A stretch of DNA of 64,000 nt from Takakia lepidozioides (lineage: Eukaryota > Plantae > Bryophyta). The notes beneath the pieces were generated by a model, which worked only from the letters and a program-made list of their open reading frames with translations, was not told the DNA's origin and made no database searches. The stretch is from NCBI GenBank assembly GCA_030704615.1, contig CM060733.1, positions 24,986,001 to 25,050,000 of the forward strand, given 5' to 3'. The position numbers and the translations under genes are program-made. Below are positions 25,488 through 38,592 of this stretch, piece by piece (the first letter of the stretch is position 1; every line of letters starts with the position of its first letter).

Positions 25488-27562
25488 ATGGCTGATAGCG
25501 AGACCAACGCTGCTACGGAGACGGGCGCGGAGAGCTCGCATAGTGAGTAAATCTACCATATCTCTGTTCATCTACATTCTCTAAGAAACTTTGTAATCTC
25601 ATGTTTGCACCAGAGGTTCTGAGGCATCGAAGTTTCGGAAGACTAGGGTTGTCTTATGAGCATGCATGTTTGGATTCCGCTTTCTTGTACGAGATTTGTT
25701 GCAGTTGGGTAGTTAGCTGTCCTTCTCATCTCGGGTGTTCCTCACTGTAAAATTCTAATTTTTGAAGTTTGTGTTTCTGTTGTGGCTTGCAGATTGCACA
25801 TTCTTCAGGAAGCCAGTAAGAAACAAGAACATGAGAAAGCGGGTTGCGGAGGCAGAGGTAGGCGAGGAAGAGGCTGCGTCAGCGGTGGTCCACAAGGGCA
25901 AAGCTATTAAGAAGGGAGATGGGCGACTGGAGTTCTCATCGGGTGCGGCTACAGGATCTCACAGAACAGAGTCTGCTGAAGACACTACAGGGGATGAGAG
26001 GCGAACGAATACCTTCTTCTACGAGTCAACCAGAGAGGTCCAGACGCAAAATGATAGTAGGGCCACGGCAACTCTGGAGACCGAGACTGAATTTGATAAG
26101 GATGCGCGTGCGATCAGAGAGAGGGTGCTGAAGCAGGCAGATGAAGCTCTCAATGGCGGGAAGGGTGCGTCAGATGCCAAGCTTTATAAGGGCATCCATG
26201 GCTACACTGATCACAAGGCCGGGTTTCGGCAAGAGCACACGATTTCGAGGGAAAAAGCTGGAGGCGCTCACGGACCTTTGCGAGCGTCGGCCCACATAAG
26301 GTGGTCTGTGCGGTTTGACTATCAGCCAGACATCTGCAAGGACTACAAGGAAACTGGCTACTGCGGCTATGGAGATTCTTGCTCTCTCTCTCTCTCTCTC
26401 TCTCTCTAAGACGGTGGGGTCAGTGGAATGGCATGCCTAATACCAGTTACCCTAAGCTAATCGAAGCTATTTCTTGGAAGCAAGACCGCCCTGTCAAACA
26501 GTCTGAGTCTTGGCAGAAAGGGTACAAGAGATGCTCAATCTGAATATGAGTCCAGAAGAATGGACCCTACTGGAGGAAGCTGACCTGGAGGGGGTTGTGT
26601 CCAAAGCCATGTTTGATGCTCAAAGAATGTCTGATGAAAATGAAGTTAGGCATAAACTTCTCTGAACTTGTTTCCCATCTGTGACATGGGCAAGGACCTG
26701 AAAAGATGATCTGAATGGTTTACCTACCCTCTGCACTAGACTGAAATTCAAACACAGGGCGGGGAGCTACCTATGAACTAAAAACAGATGTTGGAAAAGG
26801 ACATTGTACTTGCCCATGTGCCGGCAACCTGAAGACAAAATCCATTTTCTGAGATGTTGTCTGAGGTATTCTCACCAGAGATTGACCCTCTTGAGGAACA
26901 TCAAGAACATGGTTTCTGCACCTCTGTTCACCAACTTCGAAAATCTCGAGGCTGAGTCTAAAGCCCGGGCCCAGTTGGGTCTAATTGCTGGGCAGGTCAC
27001 ACACAGCAGATTGATGCTTGTGTGAAGGGCTTTCTAGAGGATATATGAATAGCCCGATCCAATGGTTTATATCAATGGGAGTCCCACTACCGGGGTGAGC
27101 CCCTCGCAAAGGTTGTGTCTGTTCCCTCTTGTTCCGCCCAAAGTGAGCGCGGGGTCTACGGCCACAAAGCTATGGCTAACACCATCTTATGAGTACATTC
27201 TCTCTCTCTCTCTTCTAGTTCCACCCAAGTTGGGAGCGGGGTCTATGCCCACTCTTCTGCTTTCAGCTCCAAGCTCTGTGGATGTTATTAAGTTTTGGCT
27301 CTCTGAGCAAATACATTTCTTTCTTTCTTTCTTTCTTTCTAAAGCATGCTATAAAGCACCATTTCATTTCATTTCATTTCTTTCTTTCTTTCTTTCTTTC
27401 TATTGATTGGTTGTCTGTCACTGATATATATTTGTATGCATGCAGCATCACTCAAAGAACAAGAACTGCTACGAATGCAACAAGCCCACGAATGGAGTGT
27501 TCAACACGGCTCATGAAATTCTGAAAAAAATGAAGGAGGAAAAAGCACAGGGCAGCAAGTAG
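25488..27562 (+). pseudogene. CWC24: CCCH/RING zinc-finger splicing factor CWC24/RNF113A, central part missing
   Basis: Exons 25488-25542 and 25793-26382 ([35 protein letters not shown]). Final exon 27446-27562 (HHSKNKNCYECNKPTNGVFNTA...*). The KFxHDR...RING N-terminal half is replaced by (CT)n and LINE remnants. Confidence 0.85.
26409..27400 (+). mobile_element. Degenerate RTEX-like family B 3' fragment plus family A tail
   Basis: Similar to 31975-32780 and flanked by (CT)n at both ends. The family A (CATTT)n/(CTTT)n tail lies at 27300-27400. Confidence 0.8.
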
Positions 27563-28908
27563 GCAGCTTAGTGGAGAATGTAGTACGTTGCCAAGGTGTC
27601 TGAAGAATTCAGTTTCCACCTGCATGTATCCTAATTTAGACAGTCTTTTTGGCTTTTCGTGAGGTCAGAATTGATTACAGTGCTCTGTATCATATGTGAA
27701 TTAAAAAGCTTCAATTTTTTTAATTTCTGCCAGAATTTTTTCCATATTATAACTGCAAGAGTCAAAACAAAGAGAAGAGACAAGCAGTTGAGTACTGCCA
27801 CAGCTGAATGTAGTTTTGGACACCTTGGGAGGTCTAAATGTTTGTAGCTGTTCACAAAGTATGTCTGGTCGGTACATTTCTGCGCCTTGACATGGTGGGG
27901 TTCTGTTAGTGGAGGCATACATGGCTGACAGTCCAGGGCTAGAATAGACTAATTTCCTCATGTGCAGATGTAAATATGACATTAGCTGTAAACTTATTGC
28001 CAGGGAGCCCATGCCCCCATTCCCACAAAAAATAGGAAAAAAGAATTGCCTTGCAATTATCGGCGCTTGTGTTTGTGTTAGAGGCTGCTCACTTTGGACT
28101 CCTTGTGTGTGTTTCAAGTTTCAACCTTCGGACAGGGTCTCACACATCCAGATTTCTGTATACTCGTATGCCACTTAGGAATGCATGGACTTGACATGGA
28201 AAACTGACATAGATCTGCGAAGATCATACCTTTACAATAGAGGGCTTTAGCCAAAAATTTGTATTCTGGCTTATAGAGATGGTACGAAAGTTTGGCAGTT
28301 GTGCCATAGTTGGTTGCCACAACCAGGCAGCTTTTAGCAAAGGTGGCTATTGCATGGCAAAATATGAGTAGCCAGCAAAATTGTTTATAGCTCACTTACC
28401 CATTCCCATTTTCTACAAAGAAGGTCCCATCAAATCTACTTCTTTTCAGCTGCAATTTTGTAGAGATATGCTTCACTCACTCAATTATGCAGGGGGAGTT
28501 TGGGAGTTTCTTCTCACTTTTCTTTTCCATTCGAAAAGAAATTCCATGATTCGTCTTGCCATACAAAATTTGAGGAAGACAAGCTCCATTGAGTACATCA
28601 TCGGCCCAAGAACAAACTTTATAATCTCAAAGATCCAATGGTGGACTTTTTTGGTTTTAATTTTACATTGGATAAGGCAGGAAAGGTGGGCATCCAACAC
28701 TGCAGTGGACATGCTTGGTTCAATATGGAGATATGGTACCAAAACTACAAGGGGGTCTTCCAAGGCCATTTTCCAACCACCCCAAAGGGTTAATATTCGG
28801 ATGTTTGAATGAACACCTCTGAATCCAGAGATCATCATAATGTATCCTGAGAACATCATAATGTATGGAGATCAGTATCAGTGTGTTATGTCTAAAAGCC
28901 AATGTCGA

Positions 28909-29600
28909 GTCCTCAGCCATGTCTGTTGCCATCAGATTGTCTGATGAAAATGAAGTTAGGCAGAAAACTTCCCTGAACTTGTTTCCAGTCTGTGACATGG
29001 GGGAGGACATCTTGGATGACCTCAAGGGTCTACCCACTCTCGGCACTAGACTGAAATTTAAACTCAGGGCAGGAAGCCTACCTTTGAACAGCAAACAGAA
29101 GCAGAGAGGAAAGGGAGAGTGCAATTGCCGGTTGTGTGGGCAATCTGAAGACAGTTCATTTTCTGATACACTGTCCGGGGTTCTCTCACCAAAGAGACGC
29201 TCTCTTCAAATCTATTAAGGGAATTGTGCCTGTACCCCTGTTTACCAACTTTGAAAGTCTCGAGGCTGAGCCAAAAGCCCAGGCCCTCCTGAGGCCTAGT
29301 TTTTGGGCAAATCACACACAGCAGATTGATGCTTGTGTGAAGGGATTTCTAGAGGATATCTGGAAAACCCGGATTAATTCTTTATATGGAGGTAAGTCTT
29401 ACTACCAACGTCAGCCCCTGACAGAGGTAGGTTCTGTCCCTTTTGTTCCCGCTCAAACTGGGCGCGGGGTCAATGGCCACAAGGCTATGGCAAACAACGT
29501 CTTATTAGTACAATCTCTCACCAGATATCCTAAGTTAATCGACTCTATATCTTGGAAACAGGACCGTCCTGTCAAACAGGCTAAGTCCTGGCAGAAGAGT
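28909..29600 (+). mobile_element. RTEX-like family B fragment containing a 3'-end/re-entry junction
   Basis: Near-identical to 32171-32776, then restarts at CACCAGATATCC (equivalent to about 32008) at about 29519. Confidence 0.85.
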
Positions 29601-29689
29601 CACAAATCCCAGTAGTAATGGGATGCTGCCAACAACAGCAAATTGGTAAAGCTCTCTCTCCCTCTCCCTCTCTCCCTCTCCCTCTATAA

Positions 29690-30078
29690 ATCTTTGGATT
29701 TCATCTGGCCTTAACCTTTTGAGGTTATTTAGTTTTTCATCCCTGCCTTTTTCATCCAAATCTGGATGATTTTATTTTATTGGATGATGAAACTTAATAT
29801 ACAGAAAGCTAGAGTTACCATCTATTTTTTTCATCTAAACTGGATGATCTACATAAATAATGGTTACCTATTATAAAATCCAAGAGAATAATAAAACTAC
29901 CATCATAAATGATGGCAGTTATTAAACCTAAACCTATACCATAACCCTAAAAGATACATTTCTATGGGATGTCATCCAGTGACAAAATGCCTATCTTGGT
30001 AAAATGTGATATTTCATCCATCCTGGATGAAAAATCGGGAAGTTTTGCCCTAAGCAGGCAGACACACTTCAAGCACTG
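29690..30078. mobile_element. Probable MITE with TGGATGA/TCATCCA motif array
   Basis: About 8 copies of the motif in both orientations, ending AAGCACTG. A related motif-rich block starting CAGTGCTT lies at about 7602-7860. No TSD identified. Confidence 0.4.
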
Positions 30079-31417
30079 AACTCGTGCTTCAGTGAACCTT
30101 GATGATGCGCCGTATAAACCTGCTCCCCTGCTGCTACATGGTACTCGTGATTACTGGCTCTTGAGATGCGCAGTGGTGGTTAAACAGATTCTTCTATGGC
30201 AGACGACAAAGCCGTGATTGCTCTGATCAGGAACTCATGGTTCCTTATTTTGCAGCGGCGCTTTTACTCCTTGTTGGGAAGTACTCTATCCCTATTTATC
30301 TACAGATTACTTGTTGCTCTCTCTTCGTGTATGAGCCACTCTCTAGCTGTGAACGCTTCTACTCTGATTGCGTTCTGTTGGAGACAATCTGTTGGACGCC
30401 ATGGCGCATGGCATACCACAAACACTCAAGGTTTTTTGAGTTTACCATTGCTTGAATTGTGATCTGTATTTGCTTTAGAATTCAACACTGACATGGATAG
30501 CAACTGTGAAGACCTGCCACTTACCTGCTGCATCCTCACTAACACACATCGCTATGTGGTGGTTTTTGGGACGGGCACAAGTGAGGGTCTTCACTTGTCT
30601 TGATTTCTTGACTTTGGCTTGCAGTTCCTGTTCTTGCAAGTGTGGATACTGCTGCTGCCTAAGCTGCTGATGCCATCTGCTGTTTCAAACTGCCACCATG
30701 CCGCTTCAGACCTGCTCCAAGATTGCTCCAATGAGGATCTGCTTCTCTCCTTACCCCTGTTTACGGTTTTTTACAACCACATTTGCATGTGTAGGAGTTT
30801 AGTTATGAAGGATACAAGGATACAAAATAGCAGTTATTACTTTGACTGCCTTGATACTTGGCTCTGAAATGAGAACTCTTGGTATGACTCTGATGGATCA
30901 AAAGGATAGGCTTTGATAGATAACACACATTCTTCAAGGCCCTCATATCATTTTGGTTTCATGGCTTGATAACAAACTGGGGTTTCTGAGCTGCTCTTTC
31001 ACCTTGGCAGAACTACTTTATGTGGCCTTAAAATACCATTCTAGGCCTATACCTGCTTAAGGGGGCTCTGCACTGTTGTTTCTTCTTCCTTTTTAAGAAT
31101 CTTGCTTATATCTTGGTTCTAAAACATCATCTTCAAACCAAACCTGCAATCTGGGTTTTGAAATGAGTTTAAAATGGATTCTTGAGATGATGATGTGTAC
31201 TATGGTGCTTTCATGATATGAATGACCTGGAATCCCACCCTCCCGCCCTGTTTTTTCAGAGACCCTGAAATGTAATTGGGTATTCAAATGAGATTGTAAA
31301 CATGAAAGAGAATGTTAGATGGTGCCCTGTAAAGGGCTGTTTTGTCTTTCAATGACAATGACCTTAGCGGTCTTGTCCATGTCTTGACATGACATGTATA
31401 TCTTCTCTCTCACAGTT

Positions 31418-34100
31418 ACCCTTATGTTTGCGGATGACTTCGCAGGCATAGGGGAGACTCCAACCAATCTCCAGGAGTTGATCGATTGCGCGAAGAGATA
31501 CTTTGATCTTTGGGGGCTAGAGGCTAATGTCAGCAAATGTGTAGTGGTAGCATTCAACGACAGAGGAGAGGGAGGAAGTGATCTTAAGTGGCAGTGGGGT
31601 AGCCAAGACATCCCGGTCCTCCCTTCCTACACTTACCTGGACATTGAGTTTTCCTCCAATTGTAATTGGGATGCACATATCCGGAAAGTTGCTCAAACTG
31701 GCAATGACAAAGCTCTGGGGCTCACTAAATTTTTCCACTGCAGAGGGGTCAACTCTGAGGTTAAGAAAACCATGCTTTGTCGCGTTATTAGACCTGCCTT
31801 GGAGTACGGATCTGCTATATGGGTTGATAACTCCAACCAGGCTAAGTCTCTAGAATCCATTCAAAAGGGGGTACTTAAGGAGTGTATGTCAGCATGCTCC
31901 AAAACAGCCAATGTGGCTGTTCGGGGTGAGTTTGGCATTCCGTCCTTAAGCTCCCGACGAGATGAATTCAAGGTCAGATGGTGGGGTCAGCTGCAACATA
32001 TGCCTAACACCAGATATCCTAAGTTAATCGACTCTATATCTTGGAAACAGGACCGCCCTGTCAAACAGGCTAAGTCTTGGCAGAAGAGAGTAGAAGAGAT
32101 TCTCAAGGATCTGGACCTGGATCCGCAAGTCTTGACCCTGCTGGATAAATCTGACTTAGAGGCTGTAGTGTCCTCAACCATGTCTGTTGCCATGAGATTG
32201 TATGATGAAAATGAAGTTAGGCAGAAAACTTCCTTGAACTTGTTTCCAGTCAGTGTCATAGGGGAGGACATCTTGGATGACCTCAAGGGTCTTCCCACTC
32301 TCGGCACTAGACTGAAATTTAAACTCAAGGGCAGGAAGCCTACCTTTGAACAGCAAACAGAAGCAGAGAGGAAAATGAGAGTGCAATTGCCGGTTGTGTG
32401 GGCAATCTGAAGACAGTATTCATTTTCTGATACACTGTCCGGGGTTCTCTCACCAAAGAGACGCTCTCTTCAATACTATCAAGGGAATTGTGCTTGTACT
32501 CCTGTTTACCAACTTTGAAAGTCTCAAGGCTGAGCCAAAAGCCCAGGCCCTCCTGAGGCCTAGTTTTTGGGCAAATCACACACAACAGATTGATGCTTGT
32601 GTGAAGGGATTTCTAGAGGATATCTGGAAAACCCGGATTAATTCTTTATATGAAGGTAAGTCTTACTACCAACGTCAGCCCCTGACAGAGGTAGGTTCTG
32701 TCCCTTTTGTTCCCGCTCAAACTGGGCACGGGGTCAATGCCACAAGGCTACGGCAAACAACGTCTTATGAGTACAATCTCTCTCACAGTTGTGTGGGCAA
32801 TCTGAAGACAATATTCATTTTCTGATACATTGTCCAGGGTTCTCTCACCAAAGAGACGCTCTCTTCAAATCTATCAAGGGTATTGTGCCTGTATCCCTGT
32901 TTACCAACTTTGAAAGTCACGAGGCTGAGCCAAAAGCCCAGGCCCTCCTGAGGCCTAGTTTTTGGGCAAATCACACACAACAGATTGATGCTTGTGTGAA
33001 GGGATTTCTAGAGGATATCTGGAAAACCCGGATCAATTTCTTGTATCAAGGTAAGTCTTACTACCAACGTCAGCCCCTGACAGAGGTAGGTTCTGTCCCT
33101 TTTGTTCCCGCTCAAACTGGGCGCGGGGTCAATGGCCACAAGGCTACGGCAAACAACGTCTTATGACAATCTCTCACCAGATATCCTAAGTTAATCGACT
33201 CTATATCTTGGAAACAGGACCGCCCTGTCAAACAGGCTTAAGTCCTGGCAGAAGAGAGTAGAAGAGATTCTCAAGGACCTGGATCTGGATCTGCAAGTCT
33301 TGACCCTGCTGGATAAATCTGACTTAGAGGCTGGACACATGAAAATGAAGTTAGGCAGAAAACTTCCCTGAACTTGTTTCCAGTCTGTGACATGGGGGAG
33401 GACATCTTGGATGACCTCAAGGGTCTACCCACTCTCGGCACTAGACTGAAATTTAAACTCAGGGCAGGAAGCCTACCTTTGAACAGCAAACAGAAGCAGA
33501 GAGGAAAGGGAGAGTGCAATTGCCGGTTGTGTGGGCAACCTGAAGACAATATTCATTTTCTGATTCACTGTCCGGGATTCTCTCACCAAAGAGATGCTCT
33601 CTGCAAATCTATCAAGGGAATTGTACCTGTTCCTCTGTTTACTAACTTTGAAAGTCTCGAGGCTGAGCCAAAAGCCCAGGCCCTTCTGAGGCCTAGTTTT
33701 TGGGCAAATCACACACAGCAGATTGATGCTTGTGTGAAGGGATTTCTAGAGGATATCTGGAAAACCCGGATCAATTTCTTGTATCAAGGTAAGTCTTACT
33801 ACCAACGTCAGCCCCTGACAGAGCTAGGTTCTGTCCCTTTGTGTTCCGCTCAAACTGGGCGCGGGGTCAATGGCCACAAGGCTACGGCAAACAACGTCTT
33901 ATGAGTGCATTCTGTCTCTGTCTGGGCAGGAATCCTACCTTTGAACAAAAAACAGATGCAGAGAGGAGAAGGAGATTGTACCTCTGTCCCTGCACCTCTG
34001 TTCATCAACTTTGAACATCTTGAGGCTGAGGTATGGCTGTGTTGGGGTCTAATTGCTGTGCAGATCACACACATCAAGTTGAGTCTTGTGTGAAGGGCTT
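31418..34100 (+). mobile_element. Tandem stack of 5'-truncated RTEX-like LINE copies (family B)
   Basis: RT motif FADD...WGLEANVSKC...YTYL and C-terminal CRLC..EDxIHFLIHC. Units at about 31418-32776, 32791-33175, 33176-33910 and an older 33925-34100. 14-bp TSD TCTCTCTCACAGTT at 31404-31417 and 32777-32790. Confidence 0.9.
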
Positions 34101-34289
34101 CGGCCTGTACAAAGCTGTAAGGCTAACCAGCACCTTTTATCATTACCACCCTGGTGGTTCAAGTTATTGTCACAGTACAACTTGTCACATTATATTTTTT
34201 TCTGAGGCTTTACTAGCCAATTTACATCTTTTCGCAGCTGGTAATATATAGACCACAGCTCCCTTCATCTTTGATATTACAGCAGTCCC

Positions 34290-34560
34290 ATCTTTTGGAT
34301 CTGAAACTTGATCTCATTGGTCGACCAATATACTGCTCTTCCGTATACAGTCAGCTTCCTTCCAATGACGTTATCAGCCACAGAAGTGATGGAACTCTCC
34401 CAAGAGTCCACCGCTCTTTCAACCTCACTTGCATCACCAAAGCAAGAGGGAAGATCTTGGAGCGATTGGATAAAGGGTGGGAGAACCTCTTTTGAGGCCT
34501 AAAGATACGAAGCCTCAAGCCAGTTTTTTTCATACAACTTGTTTCTCATCTAGGTTGCTT
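34290..34560 (-). mobile_element. LINE fragment (endonuclease-RT linker, RTEX-like)
   Basis: Minus strand encodes WESSITSVADNVIGRKLTVYGRAVYWSTNEIK, resembling the W...A...G...WW..E.K linker. A family B 3' end also lies on the minus strand at about 34960-35035. Confidence 0.5.
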
Positions 34561-36669
34561 TTGAATGCCCCTAGACATTCTGGATTAATGTGTCAGCTTC
34601 TTTGAATGCAGGCTTTGATCCCCTTGTGTAAACTTTGAGGATTGGCATGCCATTGAGCATGCTTCATGCTTCATTCACAGCTTGATCAGTCACTGCACGC
34701 AAAGGCAGGTCTGATTGACATGGTCTTCTTGCACGGAGCTTTGGGCGTGGCTTACCACTAGGTTTCGCCATATCCCTAGTAGTCAGTCAACCTCTTCCAG
34801 GGCTTCAAACAAGTTGGAACCTTTTCAATTCCCCATCCTTGACTGTCATACCTGAACCCCTCATTGAATCACCCATGTCTAAGATATCTCTCCAACCAGT
34901 CGAGGGTCCTTCTCCGAGTTTAATTTGCTGTGGGACTCTACGTGTCAATGTAGCATGGAGAGGCATGGAGAGATGTACTCATGCCGTTCCTGCAAACATT
35001 GGCTTGTCATAGCCTTATGGCCATCGACCCTGCAGGAAACTAGACCTCCCAACTTAATAAAAATCCCCCATTTGACAGTCAATTTCCTAAAAGCATGCTC
35101 TTAGGCTCTAAATATATGGCCTTTAATGAGCAATTTGACTAACAATTGGATGCAGGCATGTCGGGATTCCTTTCTTTTCGTACCGTCTCTTGCCTTTAGG
35201 TTCATGGCTTATTTAAGTTTGACCATTTTCTGCCTTGGCTGTTATCAGACCTCATCCACTTGGAAATCTGTCCGTAATCAGCAGCATAATCAAGTGAAAC
35301 TCGTAGATTATCACATTGAGTTGGGGCTCATCCCTTGCAAACACACTTGGTTCTCTCAGTGCCCTGAGCCAGGCACTCAAGACTTCTAATTGCTTTGCAC
35401 TTCTTTCAAGGAAAGACTTTGCTGGTCACAAGTAAATTGAGGCCACATGTGGCGGGTTGCTAAACCCTTTAAGTTATACTTGTAACAGAGATCACATGCT
35501 GTGGCTTATGTGTCCATCACTTCTGTTGAAAGTATGTGTCATGGATGTTGGAGTTGCATCCCCTGTGTTTGTAACGTAAAAAGGCTACTCGTTATGCTGA
35601 GCAGGTTGTGCTCCATGCCAATTATGCCAGATAGCCAGCGAGAATAGCTGAGCTAAATGCATTCCTAGACTCCAAGACAGGTGCACATTGTCTCACCGTG
35701 AATCAAAGTGCTGTCACTGAGGTAGATGTTCACTTTTGAGCTCTTCTTTTGTCTCCTTGCCCTCTCTTCTTTCTCCTGTTGGCCTTAAGGGCAGTAGTTA
35801 TGTTGGCTTAGAATCAAATTGCAGGTACAGCCTGATTTGTCTGTCCCCTCCCTCACATGTTCTGCATGTTTCTAAAGTACACATAGGGTTTCGATCAACA
35901 GTCAACCAATTATTCTATAGAGGTGGCAGATGCAAATCCACATCAGGGAGCCCTAAAAGAGTTCCCACCAATTTTCATCATGGCAGAGGCACTTTTGTTG
36001 TTTCTTCAATGACTTGCTTACACTTTGTGTGGTGGTACTGTATTTGGCAGTTGGTGCCTGAAGAAGGTGTGTGCGTTGAAGAGTATGCTAACTTCAGAGC
36101 ACTTTGTCGACGACCTTTATGGGATGCTGGTAAAACAACAGCTGCTGTTTTTGTTACAGGCGTTGTTTCGGCAAAATAGGTCGATTACGAATGAAAAATG
36201 TTGTAATAAATCCAGTAGATCCTACCTTGCTGCTCTACATGTTTTGGGCTTGTTCCTGGATGTTGAGAATCAATGATGTGTGTGATAATTAGTGCGCAAT
36301 GGTTGTGTCATGATTGAATGATGTTCATTTTTCAACATCCCTCAGCACTGGAGTGGAAACCTGGAAGATGCCAAAACTACGTAAAAATTGGGAATACTCA
36401 GTGGTTGTTGCAATATTTGCAAATAAGGCACCTAATCAGCTTGCTATGGAGTATAGATGTGACATTACAACATTCCTTACTCTACAGTTGATGTAAATTA
36501 AGGCTCAAAAATGGCCTATGATATGTCTCAAAGCTAATCAGAAAGATGATGATGAATCAACTTTGCAATGCCAAGTGTGTCTGTCTTAGACAAATTCCTG
36601 TATCACTGTCTGGAGAGAAATTTGTTGCTGTCTGAAGGTGTTCTCTGTGTATACTACTGCAATTTGGAA

Positions 36670-36809
36670 TGGGAGATCCAATCTGTGTCTAGCGTCCCTT
36701 ACATTGGAGCAGGCACTGGCTAATTTTGTGACGCTGGTCATTGATCTGAAAAAGAATTTGTTGGCTGAAGCTTCCCCAGTGGTGCTATTTGGTGGCTCCA
36801 ATGGTGGAA
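36670..36809 (+). pseudogene. Serine peptidase S28 (prolyl carboxypeptidase-like) isolated exon
   Basis: LTLEQALANFVTLVIDLKKNLLAEASPVVLFGGSNGG followed by donor GTAAGC; family motif LT.EQALAD...PVVLFGGSYGG. Other exons not recognisable. Confidence 0.75.
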
Positions 36810-37487
36810 GTAAGCAATGATCTCAACTATTGTACTCTACGAGCCCAGACTTGATGCACATAAAGTGCCCATTAACTTTGACAGTTTTTTACCACCAAGC
36901 CATGATCTCACGCCATCCCTTTGGTTGCATGTGCTGTCCCAATGACAAATTATGACCAGGAAGAGCATCGAATTTTGCAGGAGCCCGTCATCTGGACTTA
37001 CGCGCATCAAAAGAAGGCGATCTGGAATGGTTACAAATGAAATGGCATACATCAGGCAATGGCTGCGAGAATTTCACAAGGGCCAGAAGCCTTCTTTGAA
37101 CCTATGGCCGGGCACTATGGTGATGATTATTATTGCTGCAGTGGTGCTAGTGGTGATGCGCCGCAGGCTTTGGACTTCGGAAGTATCATATGGGTTATAC
37201 GAACCCCTTTCCGCGACAGTGTGAAATGAATTTGAGCTCATACCCTGTTTTGTGACTGCTTAATATGACAGCAAGCTATGCTGTAACTAGCTAAACCTAT
37301 AAGCCAAAGGCTTAGAGAGAGTGAGCGCCTCGACCAACGTCAGTGCAAAGATCAACCTCTTCCCCTCTAGGATACTACCTCCCTTTTGTTGGTAGGCTCA
37401 ATCATATAAACCCTGACCACCAACTCTGACTTATCTCTCAACTTTATGCTCTTTTAAGGACGTGTGCTGTGAGAGACTTGATAGCAA

Positions 37488-37835
37488 TAAGGTAGTAACA
37501 CCTAAATGTGTGCATTTAGTGAGTGTGGCTTACACAGGAGGTGCACTGAGAAGATAATGGTACCATTGGATTAGCAATACAACAACCAGGGCCTCATATG
37601 AATTACAATTTTTTTGATGCAAGTGGCCATTTCATACGAATTATCAAAGTCTTGAATACACATTTGCCTATGTGTGCAGTAGACCCAACCAAAGCACACC
37701 CAAAATATATCTAATGCAAAGCCTACAACTGCCTCACATGCACAAGTGGTGCATCTAAAAGCGTGCCCTCCTTAAGCCATTCATAACTTTGTGAGCACTT
37801 GCCCATGACCTGGCAGCCATCCTATAGTGGTATTC
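37488..37835 (-). mobile_element. Diverged copy of the right end of the 3439-4865 TIR element
   Basis: TAAGGTAGTAACACCTAAATGTGTGCA, TGTGCAGTAGACCCA and GTGCATCT match the reverse complement of 4540-4867. Confidence 0.7.
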
Positions 37836-38592
37836 AATGCATCAAAAGTCAAAATGGTCTTAAAACTGACCACCATCGAAATCAAGTCTGGCCAAAGAGA
37901 TTTGCCAATGTGTGCAAGGGCGGGCCTCAAAACTAACCATCCAAATCAACTCCGGCCAAAGACATTCTCAAAGCTGACTACCTTCCAAATCCACTTTGAC
38001 AAAAGAGATTCACAAAAGACATGAACGTCCAGAATTGAAACCAAAATCTGCCCCATAACTGCGCAGCCACTTTGTTTAAATGAACCAGCCATCGTCCAGT
38101 ATTGAAAACAAAATATGCCCCATCTGTGGTGGGATTGTTTGGTAGGTGATTGATTATGTGCAAATTGTGCTTAGTGTAATCTGCCAGCTTTAGTGATAAC
38201 AATGCAATTATAAATACAGTAAGTACATGAATGCGTTGATACTGGGTCACCAAACTAACCACATCTGGATCTGTCAGGACGATGTTTGAGTCTGATTTGT
38301 CAGACCCACCATTTTATTTCTAAGGCCATCTTTTTGACTCCCAGTACTTGGTCCCACAAAAACAAACCTTTATTCTCTTGGAGTTCTCCCTCCAGGTCCC
38401 CTCTAATTGCCCCCTCAAGGGTGTCTGAGAATCCCATGCTTTCAGTCCCTAATCTGCTCCTCACCCTATCCCTCTTTACATCCCCTTTTCTCTCTCAATC
38501 TGCAGCATTGGCCAAATCAACCAAGTACCGCAATGCTTCCTGGCTAAGGTAAGAGTCGTCAATCAACTGATGCTCAATCAAGATCATGAGTC

